The notes beneath the pieces were generated by a model that had not been told where the DNA came from, made no database searches, and saw only the letters and a list, made by a program, of their open reading frames with translations. From an uncultured Acidobacteriota bacterium (lineage in GTDB: Bacteria > Acidobacteriota > Thermoanaerobaculia > Multivoradales > UBA5704), in NCBI GenBank assembly GCA_963770895.1, contig CAVYRF010000002.1:4000001-4064000 (forward strand): a DNA stretch of 64,000 nucleotides. The letters run 5' to 3'. The position numbers and the translations under genes were made by a program. This document shows positions 18,903 through 28,863 of this stretch, one piece after another (the first letter of the stretch is position 1; each line of letters begins with the position of its first letter).

Positions 18903-20972
18903 ATGTTGAGTCTGTGGGATGACAAGGACGCTGGTGGGTATCGCGGCGAGCTGGCGCAGCGGGTCTATACCTCGCGGTTGCTGGGCCGCGACCCGTCGCT
19001 GGTGCTGCATGGGGGCGGCAACACCTCGGTCAAGGTGCGACAGACGGACGTGTTTGGCGCGGAGCAGGAGATCCTGTACGTCAAGGGGAGCGGCTGGGAC
19101 CTGGTGACGATCGAGGAGGCGGGCTTTGCGCCGCTGCGTCTGGCGCCGGTGCGGCGGCTGGCCGAGCTGCCGGCGCTGTCGGACCCGCAGATGGTCAACG
19201 AGCTGGTGACCCGCTCGGTGCGCGCCGGGGCGCCGGCGCCGTCGGTCGAGGCGATTCTGCACGCGATCCTGCCGCCGCGGTTTGTGGATCACACCCACGC
19301 CGACGCGGTGGTGACGATCACCAACACCGCCGACGGCGCGGCGCGGGTGCGGGAGATTTACGGCGAGTCGGTGCTGATCGTCCCCTACGTGATGCCGGGC
19401 TTCGCGCTGGCCCGCGCGGTCTACCTGCAGCTGGCGGCGCTGGGCGCGCTGGCGGGCCTGCCGCCGTCGCTCCAGGGCATGGTGCTGCTCAACCATGGCA
19501 TCTTTTCGTTCGCCGACAGCGCCCGCGAGTCGTACGAGCGCATGATCCAGCTGGTCGATCGCGCCGAAGCCTATCTGCGGGCGCGCGGCGCCTGGTCCCT
19601 CGGGGACGGCGCTGGCGGCGCCGGTGGCGCCGCCGCCGCCCAGCCGGCGACCGCACCGGCGCCGTCATCGCCACCGCCACCGCCACCGCCACCGCCGGCC
19701 AACGACTTTGCTGTCGCCGTCGCGACGCTGCGGCGGGACCTTTCCGCCGTCGCCGGGCGGCCGCTGGTCGTCACCTCGCGACGCGACGCGCGCAGCCTGC
19801 GGTTCACCGGCCGGCAGGATCTGCCGCGGATCGCGCTCGCCGGGCCGGCCACCCCGGACCACGTGCTGCGCACCAAGCGCCTGCCGCTTTTGGGACGCGA
19901 CGTGGCGGCCTATGCCGCCGCCTACCAGCTCTACTACCAGGAGCAGGCGCCGCGGCCGGCGGCGGCCGGCGCGCCGACCACCATGCTGGACGCGGCGCCG
20001 CGCATCGTGCTCGACCGCGACCTGGGTCTGCTGGCCGCCGGGCGCACGCCGGCCGAGGCGGCCATCGCCGCCGAGATCTACCAGCACACCATGGACGTGA
20101 TCGAGCGTGCCGACCGCCTGGGCGGCTACCGGGCGCTGCCGGCGGGCGACCTGTTCGACGTCGAGTATTGGGACCTGGAACAGGCCAAGCTGCGGCGGGC
20201 CGGCGACCCTCCTGCCTTTGCCGGCGAGGTGGCGCTGGTCACCGGTGCCGCCTCGGGGATCGGCAAGGCCTGCGTCCAGGCGCTGCTGGCGCGCGGCGCG
20301 GCGGTGGTCGCCCTGGACCTGGACCCGCGCGTGACCGACCTGTTTGCCTCGCCGGCCGCGATCGGCGTGTGCTGCGACGTGACCGCCGAAGCCCAGGTCG
20401 CCGCGGCTCTCGCCGTCGGGGTGGCGGCCTTTGGCGGGCTCGACGTGGCGATTCTGAACGCCGGCGTGTTCCCGGACAGCTGCGCCATCGCAGGGCTTTC
20501 CCAGGACGCGTGGCGGCGGGTGATGGCGGTCAACCTGGACGCGAACCTCACCCTGATGCGGCTCTGCCACCCGCTGTTGCGCCTGGCGCCGCGCGGCGGC
20601 AGGGTGGCGGTGGTGGGCTCGAAGAACGTGCCGGCGCCTGGACGCGGCGTGGCCGCCTATTCGGCTTCCAAGGCGGCGTTGCAGCAGCTGGCTCGCGTCG
20701 CCGCGCTGGAATGGGGCGGCGACGGCATCCGGGTCAACATCGTGCACCCCAACGCGGTATTCGACACCGCCATCTGGACCGCGGACCGCCTGGCCGCCCG
20801 CGCCGCGGCCTACCACCTCGACGTGGAGGCGTATCGCACGTCGAACGTCCTGGGCATCGAGGTGCGCAGCAGCGACGTCGCCGAGGTGGCCGTCGAGCTG
20901 TGCGGCTCGCGCTTTTCGCGCACCACCGGCGCCCAGGTGCCGGTGGACGGCGGCAACGAGCGGGTGATCTGA
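18903..20972 (+). CDS. Bifunctional class II aldolase / short-chain dehydrogenase (rhamnulose-1-phosphate aldolase-like)
   Basis: GGGNTSVK, PSVE, HTH, NHG; TGAASGIG, NAG, YSASK. Confidence 0.88.
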   Translation: MLSLWDDKDAGGYRGELAQRVYTSRLLGRDPSLVLHGGGNTSVKVRQTDVFGAEQEILYVKGSGWDLVTIEEAGFAPLRLAPVRRLAELPALSDPQMVNELVTRSVRAGAPAPSVEAILHAILPPRFVDHTHADAVVTITNTADGAARVREIYGESVLIVPYVMPGFALARAVYLQLAALGALAGLPPSLQGMVLLNHGIFSFADSARESYERMIQLVDRAEAYLRARGAWSLGDGAGGAGGAAAAQPATAPAPSSPPPPPPPPPANDFAVAVATLRRDLSAVAGRPLVVTSRRDARSLRFTGRQDLPRIALAGPATPDHVLRTKRLPLLGRDVAAYAAAYQLYYQEQAPRPAAAGAPTTMLDAAPRIVLDRDLGLLAAGRTPAEAAIAAEIYQHTMDVIERADRLGGYRALPAGDLFDVEYWDLEQAKLRRAGDPPAFAGEVALVTGAASGIGKACVQALLARGAAVVALDLDPRVTDLFASPAAIGVCCDVTAEAQVAAALAVGVAAFGGLDVAILNAGVFPDSCAIAGLSQDAWRRVMAVNLDANLTLMRLCHPLLRLAPRGGRVAVVGSKNVPAPGRGVAAYSASKAALQQLARVAALEWGGDGIRVNIVHPNAVFDTAIWTADRLAARAAAYHLDVEAYRTSNVLGIEVRSSDVAEVAVELCGSRFSRTTGAQVPVDGGNERVI

Positions 20973-21031
20973 AGGATTCGGGGCGCGGCTGCCGGGGCTG
21001 CTCGGGGTGGCGGCGAGCCGCCGCCGGGCGC

Positions 21032-21220
21032 TCAGCGCTTGAAACGCCGGGGATTGGTGTAGGCCAGGGCCGCCAGCGCCGCCACCTGGGCGAGCGGAAT
21101 CAAGACCAGGTAGGCCAGGTCGTCGCGCGTCAGGAGCGTGCCGGAGGCGATGCGGTGGCAGAGCAGCAGGCCGAGCAGCAGCACCACGGTGAGCAGCAGC
21201 CAGACGGCGAGCCACCTCAT
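21032..21220 (-). CDS. Small two-TM membrane protein
   Basis: 62 aa with two hydrophobic stretches and a basic tail; starts 30 bp after the upstream stop. Confidence 0.55.
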   Translation of the reverse strand: MRWLAVWLLLTVVLLLGLLLCHRIASGTLLTRDDLAYLVLIPLAQVAALAALAYTNPRRFKR

Positions 21221-21249
21221 GGCTGGTCCCGCCGGCGCGGCCGCCGTGG

Positions 21250-22395
21250 TCAGTGGAGCGCGACCTCGGGGCGGATCCTGTGCTCCACGACTTCCAGCGG
21301 TTGGTCGCCCTCGTTGACCAGGGCGTACCAGGTGCCCTGCGGCACGGTCAGCAGGTCGCGCCCGGCGACCGCAAGGCCGGGGGCGGTCGGGCGCGCCAGC
21401 TCGGCGGCGCTGCCCAGCAGCACGCGGCCGCTGCCGGAGCGCACGTAGAGCGAGGCGGCGCAGCGGGGATCGGATTGCGGCGCCGTTTCGCCGCGCGGCT
21501 GGATGCTGTACTGCGCCGCATCCACGAAACCGGTGGCCAAAACGGTGCGGGTGCCGCCCTGGATGGCGTGGGCCGGCAGGTGCCGAGAAGACGCCGCCGC
21601 ATCGGCCGCAGGGGTGGCGTGCCGGCGCTCCAGATCTGCGAGGCCGGCGGCCACCACCCGGCTGGACGGCGGGTTGCGCAGGCCGGCCAGACGCTGGTGC
21701 ACCCAGGGCTTGGCGAAGGTGGCGGGGATCGGCCGCCCCTCGTTCTGGTCGTGCAACCGGTCCACCATGTCGGTCGAGATGGTGGCGAACTCTTCCAGCG
21801 TGCAGCCGACGACGGTGTGCACGATGTTGAGCTGGTCCAGGATGAAGACGTCGCCGGGATGCGCCGGGATGCGGTGGCGCTCGTAGGCGGCGTCGGGCTG
21901 GCCCGCCAGCCAGTCGGCAAAGCGGCCGCGGTCGTAGTCGCGCCGCCAGTCGTCGTAGCTGCTGAGGTAGACGAAGCCGCCGGGATGCGCGTCCAGGATG
22001 TGGAAGACCTCGGTCTTGTGGGTGAGGTGGCGCTGGAAGCTGAACCCTTCGTCTGGATTCTGCAGGAAGATGGAGTAGCCGAGCGGGCTGCTGGCCTTGA
22101 CGGCGTAGCTCTTGTACTTCATCAGCAGGCCGACCTGCAGCTGGAAGGCGGCGACGGCGCGGGCGGTCTCGCCCGACACCTCGCCGGCCAGCTCGCGGCG
22201 CAAGACCGCCTTGAGCAGGGCTTCGTAGCGCTCCAGCACGGCGATCGGCAGATCGCTCGCCAGGTACCCGGCAAGCGCCGGCAGCAGCCGCAGACCGTGC
22301 TCCGCCAGACGCGCCTGTGTCGGCAGGTCGGCGGCGGCTTCCGCCTGTCCCAGGGTGCGCAGCTCGCGGTCGATGTCGTACGCCGTCACGGTCAT
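21250..22395 (-). CDS. Bicupin protein, divergent type I phosphomannose isomerase-like
   Basis: SFQRH, KTEVFHIL, PGDVF...VH and RLHD parallel the PMI-I pattern QxH / KxE / PGD..VH / RLYD; second cupin at the C-terminus. Confidence 0.6.
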   Translation of the reverse strand: MTVTAYDIDRELRTLGQAEAAADLPTQARLAEHGLRLLPALAGYLASDLPIAVLERYEALLKAVLRRELAGEVSGETARAVAAFQLQVGLLMKYKSYAVKASSPLGYSIFLQNPDEGFSFQRHLTHKTEVFHILDAHPGGFVYLSSYDDWRRDYDRGRFADWLAGQPDAAYERHRIPAHPGDVFILDQLNIVHTVVGCTLEEFATISTDMVDRLHDQNEGRPIPATFAKPWVHQRLAGLRNPPSSRVVAAGLADLERRHATPAADAAASSRHLPAHAIQGGTRTVLATGFVDAAQYSIQPRGETAPQSDPRCAASLYVRSGSGRVLLGSAAELARPTAPGLAVAGRDLLTVPQGTWYALVNEGDQPLEVVEHRIRPEVALH

Positions 22396-24677
22396 GGCTT
22401 GGCGGGGTGGGCGACGCCCATTTCGTCGAGCAGCGGCTGGGCGGCGGCGCCGTGCGTCGCGGAGAGCATCCACAGCAGGTAGCGGATGTCGACGCTGATG
22501 TTGCGCGCGACGTCCGGGTTGAAACCGAAGTCGTTGGCGACGTTTTCCCACACGCGGTCGAAGTTGACGCCCACCAGCTGGCCGCGGCCGTTGAGCACCG
22601 GGCTGCCCGAGTTGCCGCCGGTGGTGTCGGCGTCGGCCAGAAAGCAGACCGGCACGTCGTGGAGAGCGGGATCGGCCCACGGGCTGGACGGCCCCTGCGC
22701 CGCGGCCGTCAGGATCGCCGGCGGCGTGTCGAACGGCTCTTCGCCGGTGCTCTTTGCGACCATCCCGGCCAGGCGGGTCTGCGGCGTCATCCATACGCCG
22801 TCGCGCGGGCTGTAGCCCTGGACGTGGGCGAAGGAGACGCGCAGGGTGCCGTTGGCGTCGGGGGCGAGCGGCTTGCCGGCCTGCGCCGCTACGGCCTTGC
22901 GCCAGGCCGGACGCAGGCGGGAGACGGCGCCGCCGAAGCGATGGTCTTCCTCCTCGTCCTGCTGGATCGCGGTCGCCAGGCCGGCCGCGAGATCGATCAG
23001 CGGATCGTGGCGGGCGAGCAGCTGCGGCTCGGTCTCTCCCAGCATCTTCGTCCGCTCCGCCAGGTCGCCGACGCGGCTGCCCGCGATCAGCTGGGCGGCC
23101 CGCGCCTGCAGCGCCGCGGCGTCGAAGCGGGGCGGCGGCGCACCCGCGGCGGCGCCTCCGGTCCGGTCGGCGGCGGTGGGTGCGTCGGCGGTTGTCGCGG
23201 CGGCGGGCGGCAGGCCGGCCAGGACGGCCTCGACCGCCGGCACGCCTGCGGGTTCGGGCATGGCGGCGAAGCGGGCCAGCAGGTCGGCAAGGAGCTGGGC
23301 TTCGACCGGCGGGTAGATGCGGGACTGGTCGCGCCGCAGGCCTTCTTCGAAGCGGTCGCGATTGCGGTCCATGTAGGGCGCCTCGCGCTCCAGGTCCGGT
23401 TTGAGCGTTTCGCGCGCGTGGCGCACCACCGTGATGGCGAGGTCGAGCGGCTTGGGGCCCGAGCGCATCACGTTGAGCAGGAAGTTGCGGTCCCAGGTGG
23501 CGTTGCGCAGCTCGACCAGCTGGGTCAGCTCGCCGTGGGCGGCGGTGCCGGCGCTCGCCAGCGGGTCCTGTGGGCGGGCGGCCGCCCAATCGAGCACCGC
23601 ACGTTCGGCCGCTTCCTTCTTGTCCAGGATGTTGCCGCGGCGCAACCCGTCGATCTGGCCGCGCGAATTCTTTTCGGTGTTGGACAGCGACTTGATGCGA
23701 TCGGCAAGGGCGATGCGGGCTGTCGCGTTGGTGCGCGCCGCCGCCTCTTCGAGGTCCAGCCAGGTGCGGGTCACCTGGGCGAGGTGCGGATAGAAGCGGA
23801 CGGCGCGCTCGCGCACCTCGGCGGCGGTGAGCGAACGGAAGGTGACGCCGGGATAGCCTGGCACCATGACGAACTCGCCGGGGGCTGCGCCCTGGGCGGC
23901 GACGGGAAAGAAGTGCGCCGGCGTGAGCGGCCGGTTGGTCTGGGCATACGGCGCCGGCGCGCCGTCCGGTGCGGCGTACACCCGCAGCAGCGCGAAGTCG
24001 CCGCTGTGGCGCGGCCAGCTCCAGTTGTCGATCTCACCGCCGAAGTCGCCGACCGCGCGCGGCGGCGCATAGACCAGGCGCACGTCGGGGTATTCGATGC
24101 TCTCGCTCAGCACGTAGCGCACGCCGCCGTCGAAGGCCGCCACTTCGCAGCGCCGGTTCTGCCGGCGCTCGCATTCGGCCACCAGGTCCTTCTTTTTGCG
24201 ATCGATGGCGCGGTAGCGTGCCAGGTCGTCGGCACCGGCAGCGGCAGCCGCGGCTTCGACCAGCTGGGACACGTCGGTCGTCGTATGCGGCAGCGTCGCG
24301 CGCACGTTCGAGCCGGACAGCTCGTCTTGGTGCCGCGAGGCCAGGAAGCCGCTGGTGATCAGGTCGCGCTCGGGCGTCGAGTGCTGCTGCAGGATGGAAA
24401 ACGCGCAGTGGTGGTTGGTGATCATCAGCCCCTGGGCGGAGATGAAGCTGGCCGAGCAGCCGTTGATCTTGACCGCCGCCTCCAGCAGACCGGCGCCTTG
24501 CTGCGCCGACCACAGCTGCTGTGGCTGGATCTGCAGGCCGAGCGAGCGCAGCCATGCCGGATCCAGCTCCAGCACCTGGTCGGGAGTCCATTTGCCTTCG
24601 ACGCCGGCGGCGCTCGCACCCCACGCCAACCAGCCGATTGCCAGTGCCATCAAGCACTTGCCTTTCCCATTTGGCAT
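22392..24677 (-). CDS. S46 family dipeptidyl peptidase
   Basis: Signal peptide, EGKW, TNHHC, DNWSWPRHSGDF, TTGGNSGSPV. Confidence 0.92.
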   Translation of the reverse strand: MPNGKGKCLMALAIGWLAWGASAAGVEGKWTPDQVLELDPAWLRSLGLQIQPQQLWSAQQGAGLLEAAVKINGCSASFISAQGLMITNHHCAFSILQQHSTPERDLITSGFLASRHQDELSGSNVRATLPHTTTDVSQLVEAAAAAAGADDLARYRAIDRKKKDLVAECERRQNRRCEVAAFDGGVRYVLSESIEYPDVRLVYAPPRAVGDFGGEIDNWSWPRHSGDFALLRVYAAPDGAPAPYAQTNRPLTPAHFFPVAAQGAAPGEFVMVPGYPGVTFRSLTAAEVRERAVRFYPHLAQVTRTWLDLEEAAARTNATARIALADRIKSLSNTEKNSRGQIDGLRRGNILDKKEAAERAVLDWAAARPQDPLASAGTAAHGELTQLVELRNATWDRNFLLNVMRSGPKPLDLAITVVRHARETLKPDLEREAPYMDRNRDRFEEGLRRDQSRIYPPVEAQLLADLLARFAAMPEPAGVPAVEAVLAGLPPAAATTADAPTAADRTGGAAAGAPPPRFDAAALQARAAQLIAGSRVGDLAERTKMLGETEPQLLARHDPLIDLAAGLATAIQQDEEEDHRFGGAVSRLRPAWRKAVAAQAGKPLAPDANGTLRVSFAHVQGYSPRDGVWMTPQTRLAGMVAKSTGEEPFDTPPAILTAAAQGPSSPWADPALHDVPVCFLADADTTGGNSGSPVLNGRGQLVGVNFDRVWENVANDFGFNPDVARNISVDIRYLLWMLSATHGAAAQPLLDEMGVAHPAKP

Positions 24678-24768
24678 CGCATGCTCCCCGGTCCCCGGTT
24701 GAGGCGGCGATTCTAACCGACGCCGGGCATGTCGGGAGGGCCGGCCGGGCACAGCCGGCACAACCCAG

Positions 24769-27700
24769 CTACATCCGCGGCCGGTCGCGGCGGCGCGCCA
24801 GCAACGCCAGGCGCGCCACGGCGGCGGCGGCCAGGGCCAGGGCCAGGGCGGCCAGGCCGATGGGTGCAAGCGCCGGCACTTCGGCGATCGGCTGTCCGAT
24901 GGCGAAGGTGGTCGGCCCGCCGCCGTCGGGCGCGGCGGTCGGCAGCGTCGTGGTGTCGGTGCCGCTGCGCGCCGGATCGTAGGCGATGGTTGCCTGGTTG
25001 CTGACCAGCGAGCCGGCGACGGCGCCGCCGGCGGCGGTGGCGATGGTGGCGGCGATGGTGATGGTGACGGTGCCCCCCGCCGGCACGCCGCCGTTCCAGC
25101 GCACGGTGTTGCCGGCGGTCGTCACGGTGCCCAGGCTGGCGGTGGCGGCGACCAGGGTGAGCGGCGGCGGCAGCGTGTCCACCAGCTCGTCGCCGGGGTC
25201 GTCGAAGGTGGCGCCGGTGCCGCTGTTGGTCAGCGTGATGGTGTAGGTGACCGTGCCGCCGGGCTGGAGGTCGCCGCCGGTCACCGCCTTGATGGCGGTG
25301 AGGTGGGCGGCGAGCTGGGCGGGCGGGCGGCAGGCGGCCGGCGTGACCAGCAGCGAGAACGCCCGGATGCTGCCGGTGTCCTCGGGGTCGTGATCGACGG
25401 CGACGAGCTGCCACACTCCGTTGGGGTCCTCGCCCGCCAGGGCGGCCAGCGGGTTGTCGGGCAGCCAGCTGCCGGTGAACGGCGCCTGCGAGCTGTCGGC
25501 GGTCTGGATCGACGGCCCCGAGCTGGCGTCGTCGAGCACCACCTGGCAGAAGTTGTGGCCGTTCAGGTCGATCTGGTCGACGACGTGCACCCGCGTGCCG
25601 CGCGGCGACACCAGGTCGAAGCTGAGGTCGTTGACGAACGGGTGGTCGACGCCGACGGTGGTGGCGCCGATGGCGGTGGTGCAGGCCGCGCCGTCGATCC
25701 GGAAGACCAGCTTGGCGGTGTCGGCGCTCACGCCGCTCACCGTCAGCGACGCGATCGCCGGGGGGCCCGCGACGATGCTGCCGTCGCCGGCAAAGGTGGC
25801 GTCCGGGATTGGCACCACCGGCCCGCCGTAGCTGAAGGTGAGAGGCGCGGCCGGAGTGCCGGTGGTCAGGGCGAAGTTGAAGACGACGGGGGGCGCGCCG
25901 CCGGCGTAGGTCACGGTCAGGGTGAAATCGATGCGCTGGCCGCACGCCAGGCTATAGGGTGTGAACAGGAAAGGCTGCACGTTGGCGGCGCTGCCGCCGG
26001 CGGCGATGTCGGGATAGGGAGAGGCGGCGCTGGTCAGGCCGACGCCGGGGGTGCTGGTGGCGAGCGTGGCGGCGACCGCCTGCGCCGCCGCGCCGCCCAG
26101 GTTGGCGAGCGTGACGCTCAACCGGTAGTCGTCGCCGATGCCGATGCCGGGGTTGCCATCCGGCGTCACCTCGGTCGCGACCACCGGCCCCAGCGCCAGC
26201 GTGGGCCGCGGCTGGGCGCCGGCGGCCTGCAGCGACTGCTCGGTCATGACGATGCCGGCGCCGGTGTCGCGGTCGACGCCGGGGGCCTGGATGTCGATCG
26301 CGGAGCTGGTCAGGGCGGCGCGGACCTGGGCGGGGGTGAGGCCCGGCAGCGCCGCCGCCAGCAGGCCGGCGATGGCGGCGGCGTGCGGCGCCGCGGCCGA
26401 CGTGCCGTAGAAGCGGGCGTAGCTGGCGACGTCGGTGGACACCCCGTCGGCGGCGGTCAGGTCGGGCTTCTGCCGCACCACGCCGCCGGTCGAGGAGAAG
26501 TCGCCGGGGGGCGCGCCGGGCAGCAGGTTGCCATTGCCGTCGAAGAACACCCGGCGCGGGCCGTCGCAGGTGTACGGCTCGGCCAGCTGCGACGCGGTGA
26601 ACGGGCCGGGGTAGGGGCCGGCCGGATAGCCCGGCCCGGCGGCCGCCGACGACGGCGCCGCCGCCACGGCGATGGCGGGCGCCGCCGCGGCGTGGCCGCG
26701 GATGCAGCCGGCGGTCGCCAGCGCCAGGGTGCCGCGGAACGCCTGCAGGTCGAGCAGCCGCCCGGCGCCCGAAAACTGCGCCACGACCAGCCGGTCGCCG
26801 GCCGCGATCGGCGACGAAATCATCTCGAACGGGTCCTGGGTGCAGGTCTGGGAGTTGGTCGAGGCGTCGAGCACCGTGGTCAGGCCGGCATCCAGCAGGT
26901 ACAGGTCGTAGTCGTTGCACGACTGGCCCGCCGGGTCGTCCCACTGCAACACCGCATAGCGGGCGGCGGCGGTGGCGGCGTCGGATTGACCGCCGTCGCC
27001 AAAGTCGTTGACCGTGCCGGCGCCGGCGCCCAGCACCGGGTCCAGGTTGCCGTTGGGCTTGAAGTCGCCCTCCCAGGTGCCCGAGGTGCCGGCGTCCAGG
27101 TTGCCTTCGTTGCCGGCGGCGGAAAAGTAGAGAGCGCCCGCGGCGCTCGCCTGGATCACCGCCTGGGCGATGGCGGTGTCCTGAAACACCGCCTCGTCGG
27201 GATACGCCAGGTCGTCCACCAGGATGTTGCAGCCGGCGGCCTGCAGGTTGACGATGTTCTGGGCGAAGCTGGCGTCGCCGGCGCCGGCGGTGGCAAAGCC
27301 CAGCTGGGCGCCCGGCGCCAGGTCGTGCACGATCTCCAGCAGCGCCGTGCCCTCGTCGCCCTGCCCGCTCTGGCCCGGCAGCACGGCGACCGCCGGCGGC
27401 AGGTCGCCGCTGGCCTGCAGCGCCGCCAGCGAATCGATGCCGTCGGACAGCACGCAGATCTTGACGCCGCTGCCGTCGACGCCGAACTGCAACCGCGCCG
27501 GCGCCGCCAGGTGGGTGGCGTCCCCTTCCGAATCGACATGGGACAGGTTGGGGCGGCTGGCCGGCCGCACGAAGCGCACCGCCGGGTTGGCCGCCAGCGC
27601 TTCGATCGCGGCGAGCGGCAGGCGCGCGCGGATCGCCGCGTAGCGCAGCTGCGCCCCGGCGATGCGGCCGCCCAGGCCGCGCACCGCGGCGACAACCCCC

Positions 27701-28095
27701 TTGGCGGTCGCCCGCGAGGTGGCCTGGATGTCCACCAGCACGCCACCCTCCGCGTCGAGCGCCAAAGCCGCCAGCGGCCGCAGCTGCGGCACCGCGGCAA
27801 GCCGCGCGTCGCCGCGCTCGGCCATCAGCCCATAGATCAGGTGCGAATCCATCTTGCGCTGCGCCGGCGTCCGCGCCCGCTTTTCGGCGGCCAGCGCCTG
27901 CATCTGGGCGACCGCGCTGGCGGCCAGGCGAGGCTGTGCCGCCGGCGGGGCGCCCGCGGCAGCGGCAAGGGCGCCGCTGGCCCCAATGCCGCTCAAAGCG
28001 GCAAGAGCAAGCACGGCGCGAAGCCGGGAGGCGCGGCCAGGGTATGAAGAGATCAATCCGCCGGCAATGTAGCGAACCCTCGCCCGGACCGTCAA
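24769..28095 (-). CDS. Secreted S8/S53-like protease with P-domain, DUF11-like domain and IPTL-CTERM-like sorting tail
   Basis: VLSDG, DEGTA, AAGNEG, GTSAAAPH; HPFVNDL..DL.SP P-domain; VPAL + TM + RRR tail; start codon uncertain. Confidence 0.82.
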   Translation of the reverse strand: MTVRARVRYIAGGLISSYPGRASRLRAVLALAALSGIGASGALAAAAGAPPAAQPRLAASAVAQMQALAAEKRARTPAQRKMDSHLIYGLMAERGDARLAAVPQLRPLAALALDAEGGVLVDIQATSRATAKGVVAAVRGLGGRIAGAQLRYAAIRARLPLAAIEALAANPAVRFVRPASRPNLSHVDSEGDATHLAAPARLQFGVDGSGVKICVLSDGIDSLAALQASGDLPPAVAVLPGQSGQGDEGTALLEIVHDLAPGAQLGFATAGAGDASFAQNIVNLQAAGCNILVDDLAYPDEAVFQDTAIAQAVIQASAAGALYFSAAGNEGNLDAGTSGTWEGDFKPNGNLDPVLGAGAGTVNDFGDGGQSDAATAAARYAVLQWDDPAGQSCNDYDLYLLDAGLTTVLDASTNSQTCTQDPFEMISSPIAAGDRLVVAQFSGAGRLLDLQAFRGTLALATAGCIRGHAAAAPAIAVAAAPSSAAAGPGYPAGPYPGPFTASQLAEPYTCDGPRRVFFDGNGNLLPGAPPGDFSSTGGVVRQKPDLTAADGVSTDVASYARFYGTSAAAPHAAAIAGLLAAALPGLTPAQVRAALTSSAIDIQAPGVDRDTGAGIVMTEQSLQAAGAQPRPTLALGPVVATEVTPDGNPGIGIGDDYRLSVTLANLGGAAAQAVAATLATSTPGVGLTSAASPYPDIAAGGSAANVQPFLFTPYSLACGQRIDFTLTVTYAGGAPPVVFNFALTTGTPAAPLTFSYGGPVVPIPDATFAGDGSIVAGPPAIASLTVSGVSADTAKLVFRIDGAACTTAIGATTVGVDHPFVNDLSFDLVSPRGTRVHVVDQIDLNGHNFCQVVLDDASSGPSIQTADSSQAPFTGSWLPDNPLAALAGEDPNGVWQLVAVDHDPEDTGSIRAFSLLVTPAACRPPAQLAAHLTAIKAVTGGDLQPGGTVTYTITLTNSGTGATFDDPGDELVDTLPPPLTLVAATASLGTVTTAGNTVRWNGGVPAGGTVTITIAATIATAAGGAVAGSLVSNQATIAYDPARSGTDTTTLPTAAPDGGGPTTFAIGQPIAEVPALAPIGLAALALALAAAAVARLALLARRRDRPRM

Positions 28096-28350
28096 GGCGA
28101 GGGGGCTGGAAAAGGCTTTGGCCTCACCTGGCGGCCGCTGCTAGCAATACCACTGGCCGCAGTCCGTCGGGCGCCCGGCAATTCCTGTGGCCACGCCCAC
28201 ACGTGCCGGCGCCCGTCGCAGACCTTGGGAGTAAGCCCTGCGCCGGTGTCCCCCGCGGCAACGTCTGGCAAGCTGTTTCGAATCGAGAAAGGAGGACACC
28301 GGCGAAAGACGCGGTGCGGAATACGCCCTCAGCGGAAGGTCAGGTACGAC

Positions 28351-28694
28351 CTATCGTCCGAGCACGATGTCAATGCCGGGAGCACGAGGTCCAGCTGACG
28401 GTGTGCCAGCTTACCGGAACGTTCGGTTAGCTGCCCCTTGTCGAGGGCGACAATCAGCGAGACGTTTGCGACGGAGTCTGGCGACAGGCCCGTAGCTTTG
28501 GCGTTCAGCGGCACGTTGCCGGGAGCGTCTGCCCACTTCAAGTTGCTCGTCAGAGGCACCTATACAACTGTGCCGAGCCGGCTTCGATTCAGCGCATCGC
28601 ACTGGACGACGACGACCGGTCGCCGAAAACCAGGGCCTGACCCGGTCGGCTCCCCAAGGTCAGCCCACCAGACGTCACCCTGGCTGATCACCAC
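28351..28694 (-). pseudogene. mazF: MazF/PemK toxin pseudogene
   Basis: QGDVWWADL..P.GS.PGFRRPVVVVQ...VPLTSN; in-frame TAG at 28560-28562; an apparent 1-bp deletion near 28380 (restoring it gives LSGIDIVLGR-stop). Confidence 0.82.
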
Positions 28695-28769
28695 TCGATC
28701 TGTGCACGGCAGCTGACAATGCCCATCTGACCGCGCCCGCTGGTGACTATGCGCTACTGATTTCAAATG

Positions 28770-28798
28770 TTGACATCTGTTACTTGTTCGCGTAGCCT
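28770..28798 (+). promoter_or_regulatory. sigma70 promoter of the AKR-TetR pair
   Basis: TTGACA(28770-28775)-N17-TAGCCT(28793-28798); short palindrome ATGT-TG-ACAT over the -35; AAGGAG RBS before ATG 28864. Confidence 0.65.
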
Positions 28799-28863
28799 TG
28801 GCTTCATGGCAGCTTTCGCGGCCACATCTCGCCGGTCCAGGCCGGCGGCAAGGAGCAGAGACG

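Noticed and set aside
28270-28290. tRNA-like TTCGAATC motif as an integration site
   Set aside because: No cloverleaf or acceptor stem around it
28560-28562. Amber recoding (pyrrolysine or readthrough) in mazF
   Set aside because: A second frameshift lesion and the missing antitoxin point to decay; TAG is a normal stop in other genes here
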